From Camelus dromedarius (lineage: Eukaryota): a DNA stretch of 64,000 nt. Under the pieces are notes generated by a model. That model saw only the letters and a list, made by a program, of their open reading frames with translations, did no database searches and was not told the origin of the DNA. How positions within the stretch are numbered: the first letter of the stretch is position 1; every line of letters begins with the position of its first letter. Position numbers and translations under genes: made by a program. The stretch spans positions 4,340,001 through 4,404,000 of the forward strand of contig NC_087462.1 of the NCBI RefSeq assembly GCF_036321535.1. The letters are read 5' to 3'. This document shows, piece after piece, positions 58,755 through 64,000 of this stretch.

Positions 58755-59220
58755 GTCAGGGTTCAGCCCAGAAAATAGAAATCATCTTAGGTCTTTCAAA
58801 CAGAGAGAATTTAATTCAGGGAATTGGTTAGCGGATGATGGAGTTGCTGAGAAGACAGCTGGGTGACACTAAGGCTACCCAGAGATTAGCCACTAGGCTG
58901 GAGAAACAATAGGAGGAGGTGGTGTGACCAGGGCCCAGGGACCAGAACCATTTAAAGGGAGCTAGATCTCTGGGCAAGCGCTGACTTCTGGGAGCTAAGA
59001 ACACAGAGCAGTTGTATTTGCTGGCGGAGAGGCGGAGCAGAAGAGGGAGAAGTACCCTGGCTTCTCTCTTTCTCCCGCCCTCTGATCTCCTGCCTGGGCC
59101 TCCCATTGGCTGAAACTACCCGGAAGCCAGGGTGCAAAGGCACCTGGGAAATGTAGTTCCCTTAGATACAGAGCAAAGCAAAAGGAGAGGCAGGGAGAGG
59201 ACCTGAGAGCAAGCAGGCTA
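58755..59220. mobile_element. Old MLT1 (M/N-like) LTR containing one arm of an inverted repeat
   Basis: CAGGGTTCAGCCCAGAAAATAGAAATC...GGGAATTGGTTA...CCCATTGGCTGAA...GGGAAATGTAGTTCC. Confidence 0.5.
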
Positions 59221-60866
59221 ATAACCCTCACAGACTTGGAGCAAGTGACTGCCTCTTTGAACTCAGTGTATCATCTCAGTTAAAGAGAGCTGCTGTGACT
59301 GCTGTTTGCCTGAGAATTGATGATATGCAATGGTTTTATTTCCCGTGGCAGGGTCCTCCTCAGCTTTAATCGCTCTGCTGGCTTTACCGTTCAGATCAAA
59401 CCCAGATCTTCTCTTTCTTAGGACCCTCCTTGCCACAGGCCACAGCACACAGCTAATCGTCCTTCCTCCAGACAGCCCGTCAGAGATCTTCTGCCTGTGA
59501 TTACATCCCTGGCTTCCTCCAAGTCGCCTCTAGTCTAGGCAGAAAACCCGCAGCCCCTTCATAGCTCCTCAAAGAGCAGCTTCCCGACCTCTGCCTTGGG
59601 ATGGCTGTCTTGGGATGCTTGTCTGCCTGGGGCACCCAGATTGACGCCCAGATAGGTGCAGCATCTGAGCACCCCAAGGCATGTGGGGCTGTTGCCTTCA
59701 GTCTGATCTGTGATTGAGCAGAAGACTAGGGGGAGTTGGAAGAAATGCTTTAAAAGGCATCAGTCCTTTGTGCTTCCCTCTCAGGGGCTTGGGGAGATAC
59801 GACAAATTGGTGGGATGCTCTTGTGAGTGCGCTTGCCCCATGTCGTTCACACAGCCCCCGTTTTGGCAGATCAGCATCTGATACCATCTTTGGTTCACTC
59901 CCTGCCACTCCCCCTTTCTCACTCTGCGCTAGCTACACTGACCTCCAGCTTCTTCCGCCAAAGCACCGCAGTGTCCAGCTTCAAGACCTTTGTTTTGCAC
60001 TGGCTGTTCCCTCTGCCTGGAATGCTTTTCCTTCAGACACCCACCTAGATCATTCCTTCCTTCAAGACTTTACTCAAATGAGCCTTTCCTGACCCTTTCA
60101 TTTAGTATTGCACTCCCCTGGCACCCCCCATCCCCTAATCTTAATTTTCTTCCTTAATATTTACCACCTTCTAACAAGCTATATTCACATAACACATTTG
60201 TTGAATGTCTCTTTCTGTCAGAATGTCAGTTTCACTTGGGTAAAGATGTGAATCTCTTGTTCACGGCTGTATTCACAGCACTTAGACCAGTACCTACAGC
60301 ATAACAGATGCTCAATAAATATTTTCTGAATCAATGAAGGGATGGCTGAATGACCGGAACCCCCTTGCATGCTGTTCCCTTCACCTGAAGCAACCCCTTC
60401 CCCGGCCCCAACACTCTAAAGTTAAAGATTTGTTTGGACAGAAAAATCATATACTTGTCTCTCACTTATTTTGTTTTATCAAAGGTAGGGATGAAAATGC
60501 AACAGGATAGTACATTTTGCATTATTGATGAATGGTGGCTTAAAATATTCCTTTTTTCCCACTTTCTCACTCCCTAAAATCTCCCCTAAACCTCCTAGTT
60601 TTAGGGGAAAGACACAGCAGGAATCTGGTCTCCCTCTGGCTTTTCAAAAGTTATATTAGCGTACAAGAAATGACATATTTAAAATATACAATTTGATAAA
60701 TTTGGAATATGTGACCTGTGAAACCAGCCCCACAATCAAGAGAGTGAACAGACATGTCACCTCTAAATTTTCTCCTGCCCTTTTGTAATCCCTCCCTCCT
60801 AACCCCTATCTGCCACCCCCAAACAATACCTGATCTGCCTTTGGTCCCTATAGATTTATTTGCATC

Positions 60867-61334
60867 TGTTACTGAGCCAGATTCGTACTGCTTTCTGCAT
60901 GACAGGCCAGTAAATCGAGAGAGGAATTGCTGGGGCAAGGAGTAGTGACTGTTTGGAAAGCCAGCAGACTGAGAAGATGGTGGACCAGCGTCCCAAAGAG
61001 CCATCTTCCCCTGAGTTAGAATTTAGGCTTCATTTACACTAAAACGGGGAGGAGGTGTGTTTGGTTGTTGCAGACTTCTTGGTGCCAGAATCCTTTGTTC
61101 TTGCATCTGTCCATGTAAGTCAGGTCATGATGTCCCCGTAAACCTCCAACAAGACAAAAGTTATTCTCTATTCTGTAACTTTTTATCTGTATATGAATGG
61201 GAAAGTGTTATACCTTCAAAGGTCAGAGCCTTGTGAAGGGGCTATTTGTGTGTTTCAGGCTATAGGCAACTTGTGTCAAATGCTTAGGTAAAAGAAACAG
61301 ACCCAATATGGAGTCAGCTTTGTTCCTCCCTACT
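60867..61334. mobile_element. Probable ERV1-type solo LTR nested in an L1MB-like fragment (about 60640-61850)
   Basis: TGTTACTGAG start and about 470 bp long. The flanks on both sides continue L1 3'-UTR sequence (CTGATCTG...ATAGATT / GAAATGGA...GGTTCTTTTACTCAGCATAAT). Confidence 0.5.
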
Positions 61335-61452
61335 AGGTACCTTCTAGAGTTTTATAGAAATGGAAAATGGGGTCTTATGATATGTAGCCTTTGAGGCTGG
61401 TTCTTTTACTCAGCATAATTTTTTGTGATTCATCGAACTGTTGCATGTCTTA

Positions 61453-61567
61453 GTTTTTTTTTTTTTAAACAGACATCCTGTTGTTTTTATTTATTTATTT
61501 AATGCAGATACTGGGGATTGAACCCAGGACCTCGTGCATGCCAAGCATGTGCTCTACCATTGAGCTG
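61453..61567 (-). mobile_element. Vic-1-like SINE inserted in an old L1 fragment
   Basis: The plus strand reads CTGGGGATTGAACCCAGGACCTCGTGCATGCCAAGCATGTGCTCTACC. Confidence 0.8.
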
Positions 61568-64000
61568 AGTTCTTTATTCCTTATTATGGCTGAGTAGTAT
61601 TCCATCACACAGATATACTGCAGTTTGCTTATTCATTCTCCTGTCCTTTTGATGTTTGAGTTGCCTCCACTTTTTGGTTGTCACAGATAAAGCTGCTCTG
61701 AACATTCACGTGGACACTTACCTTTATTTCCCTTGAGTGAACGCCTGAGCATGGAATAGGTCATATGGAAGGAGCATGCCTAACTTTTTAAGCAACTGCC
61801 AAAGCGTTTTCCCAAAGTGGTTGCGCCATTTGACAGCCCCACTGGCTGCGTGTGAGGGTTTCCCGGAATCCTTCTCTTTGTTCCTCTTTGTCTCTTAGTC
61901 TTGGCTTTACCAGACACATCACCTCCTTAACCAGATCCCACAGGGAGCTGGTTTTTCACATAGTCAGTCACCACAGTTATAATCAATCAGTTATTCGTGT
62001 GACTCTCTGCTTAGTGTCTGCCTCCTCCCTGGACTGTAAGCTCTGTGGGGACAGGGATATGTCTGTCTTGGTCACTGTCAGGTCCCAGGGCGTGGCACAC
62101 AGTAGGCACTCAATACATGCTTGCTGATGAATGTACGATCCTGCCTGGTGGGCCACGGGCTAGAGTGATTAGGTTGATATGTTTTAGTCCCACTGTGATG
62201 ATGAGGAAATAGAGACACCAGGAGGTGCAATGACCCATCCAAGATCCCTCAGCTTGCAGTGGCTGGGCTGGAAGTCAGACCCTGTCTGATCCCCTCGACT
62301 GGTGGCGAGCCTGGCAGTGAGATGCTGAGTGCATGCTGGGTGGGAGGTGAGGGGAGAGGATAGAGATGGGCTGGCCCAGGGAGGGCTTTGAAGTCCAGGA
62401 AGAGGAGTTTATACTCTGCACCTCTGCTTGCGAGCTTCAAAAAGGGTGCACAGCATGCACACCCTCTCTGGTCTACAAGATGAAGTCTTGCAACGCCAAG
62501 GTTAAGGGGCTGCAAGGGCTGAATGCAGAGGGCCCCCTCTTTCTGTGTCTCCCCAGCAGGCACTGGTAACAGGTATTTCCTGTTTCCGGCCAGCTCCCTG
62601 GGGCTGAGGTGGGGGTGGGGGAGCTGATTGATGCAGCTCAGTTCTGGGTTCCTTCTCCTGCTCCCACCCCCCCCACACCATCCCCCTCTTTCCGCCACCA
62701 AAAAGAGCTTCTGTCCCTGCACGCTGGTTCCCTGAAAGAGGGTGGCAAACTAACCAACCTTTCCAGCTCTTTCTTTGTCTTAGGCAGGGGCTGTGATGAT
62801 GGGGGACCTGCAGGCAAAGGGGAAGTGTCTGGGTGCTGATTTGCATATGGGCAAGGTGCCAGCCCAACTCTGGTGAAAGGAGGAGGGGAGCTGAGGGGTT
62901 GCCTCCCTCCCCCAATAGGGAGGAAATATTCTCACATGCCCCTCCGATATTGTTCAAAAGGCCTCTAGTCCTTTACCATCGCCCACACTTCAGGCTGCCA
63001 GGAAGTCCTTCTAGTGGTCTAACCCCAGTCACTACTGCTGTTGGAGGGAGCCCCTTTCTTTAGCCGGCCCTGCTCCAGCCTGGAGGGCTGATGAGTCATA
63101 CCTCCTGTCCCCTTTTGAGGTGTCACATGACTAGGGGGAAGCAGTCTTAAGGCTCAGCTGATCTCCCTGAGGTCAGCAGGGAACTTCCTCCCTCAGGCCA
63201 GATGGGGCCATCTGTTCTGTTGCCCCTGGTGACCTGCAAGCCCTGTCTGGAGTCAGCCTATGATCCCGCAAAGGCTGCTGGGTTGGAGAGTGGTACATGT
63301 GGTTCCTGTCACGTGCTCAGTTCCCCATTATGCCTCCCGCAATGTGGCACCATGAGGCAGCCTGGCATGGTTTGAAGAGGTAGTGGGGTGCAGAGGTTAG
63401 GAGCACGGCCTCTGGGTCCAGAGCTGGTATCTGGCTCCCCATTCCTACCTGGGTAGCCTCAGAAGGGGCTAGCTCCTTTCTGAACTTCAGTTGTCCCATC
63501 TGTCAAATGGGGATTCATTCATAAGCTCAAAACTTATACAGTGCTACTTCCGCTGCATTCTCTTGGCCAAAGCAAGCCACAAGCCCAGCCCAGACACAGA
63601 AGGTGGGGAAACAGACTGCAATTCTAGATGGTAGGAGTTGAAAAATATTTGTAATCACCACAAGGGGCATTCAGGCAGAGGGGATAACATGGACAAGGCG
63701 TAGAGGCAAGAAAACGTAAAATATGTTGCATTTAGGGTGTGGCAACCATTTTTACCTGATTGGGGCTGAGGGAGGGGAGGTAGAGTGAGACAGTTCTTGC
63801 AGAATTATCTCGCAGGCCATGGTGAGGCTGGACTTCATCCTGAGGTTGTTGGGGAACCACGGCAAGGTTTCAAAGGGAGGGTGACATGGTCAGATCTACT
63901 GTGTGGCGGTGGGCTGGGAGGGGTGAAACATGAGCCAGGGAGACCACTGAGGGGGCTGTTACAGTCACAAAGGTGACAGATGGTGGTGGCTGCTCTAGGA

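Noticed and set aside
47300-64000. Possible nested gene or processed pseudogene in VAV1 intron 1
   Set aside because: The sequence is largely accounted for by L2, MIR, MLT1, MER and L1 fragments, and I recognised no protein-like ORF or exon chain.

Overview
Mammalian genomic DNA carrying the conserved C3 - GPR108 - TRIP10 - SH2D3A - VAV1 block (syntenic with human 19p13.3). It is very likely from a camelid, judged from artiodactyl-type C3 indels and seven copies of a tRNA-Ala-derived Vic-1-like SINE. I walked all coding exons by hand, and the GT/AG ends and reading phases are consistent. C3 is on the minus strand with exons 1-17 present; it runs off the left edge. GPR108 (minus, 18 exons, 547 aa), TRIP10/CIP4 (plus, 15 exons, 604 aa with the 56-aa alternative exon) and SH2D3A (minus, 9 coding exons, 576 aa) are complete. 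VAV1 (plus) is represented by exon 1 and about 17 kb of repeat-rich intron 1. There is no evidence for a wholly new protein-coding system. The best leads are regulatory or structural: (1) a MIR-derived splice acceptor that would create an overlapping uORF in SH2D3A; (2) a palindromic two-strand ATTAAA between convergent TRIP10 and SH2D3A; (3) a ~195-bp inverted repeat pair in VAV1 intron 1; (4) a 4-aa insertion in C3 beside the human P314L site; (5) a candidate STAT/NF-kB/HNF1 enhancer upstream of C3; (6) a miR-6791-like tailed mirtron; (7) possible dimeric SINEs. Comparisons to human and bovine sequences and all repeat family names are from memory, not database searches. Repeat boundaries are approximate.
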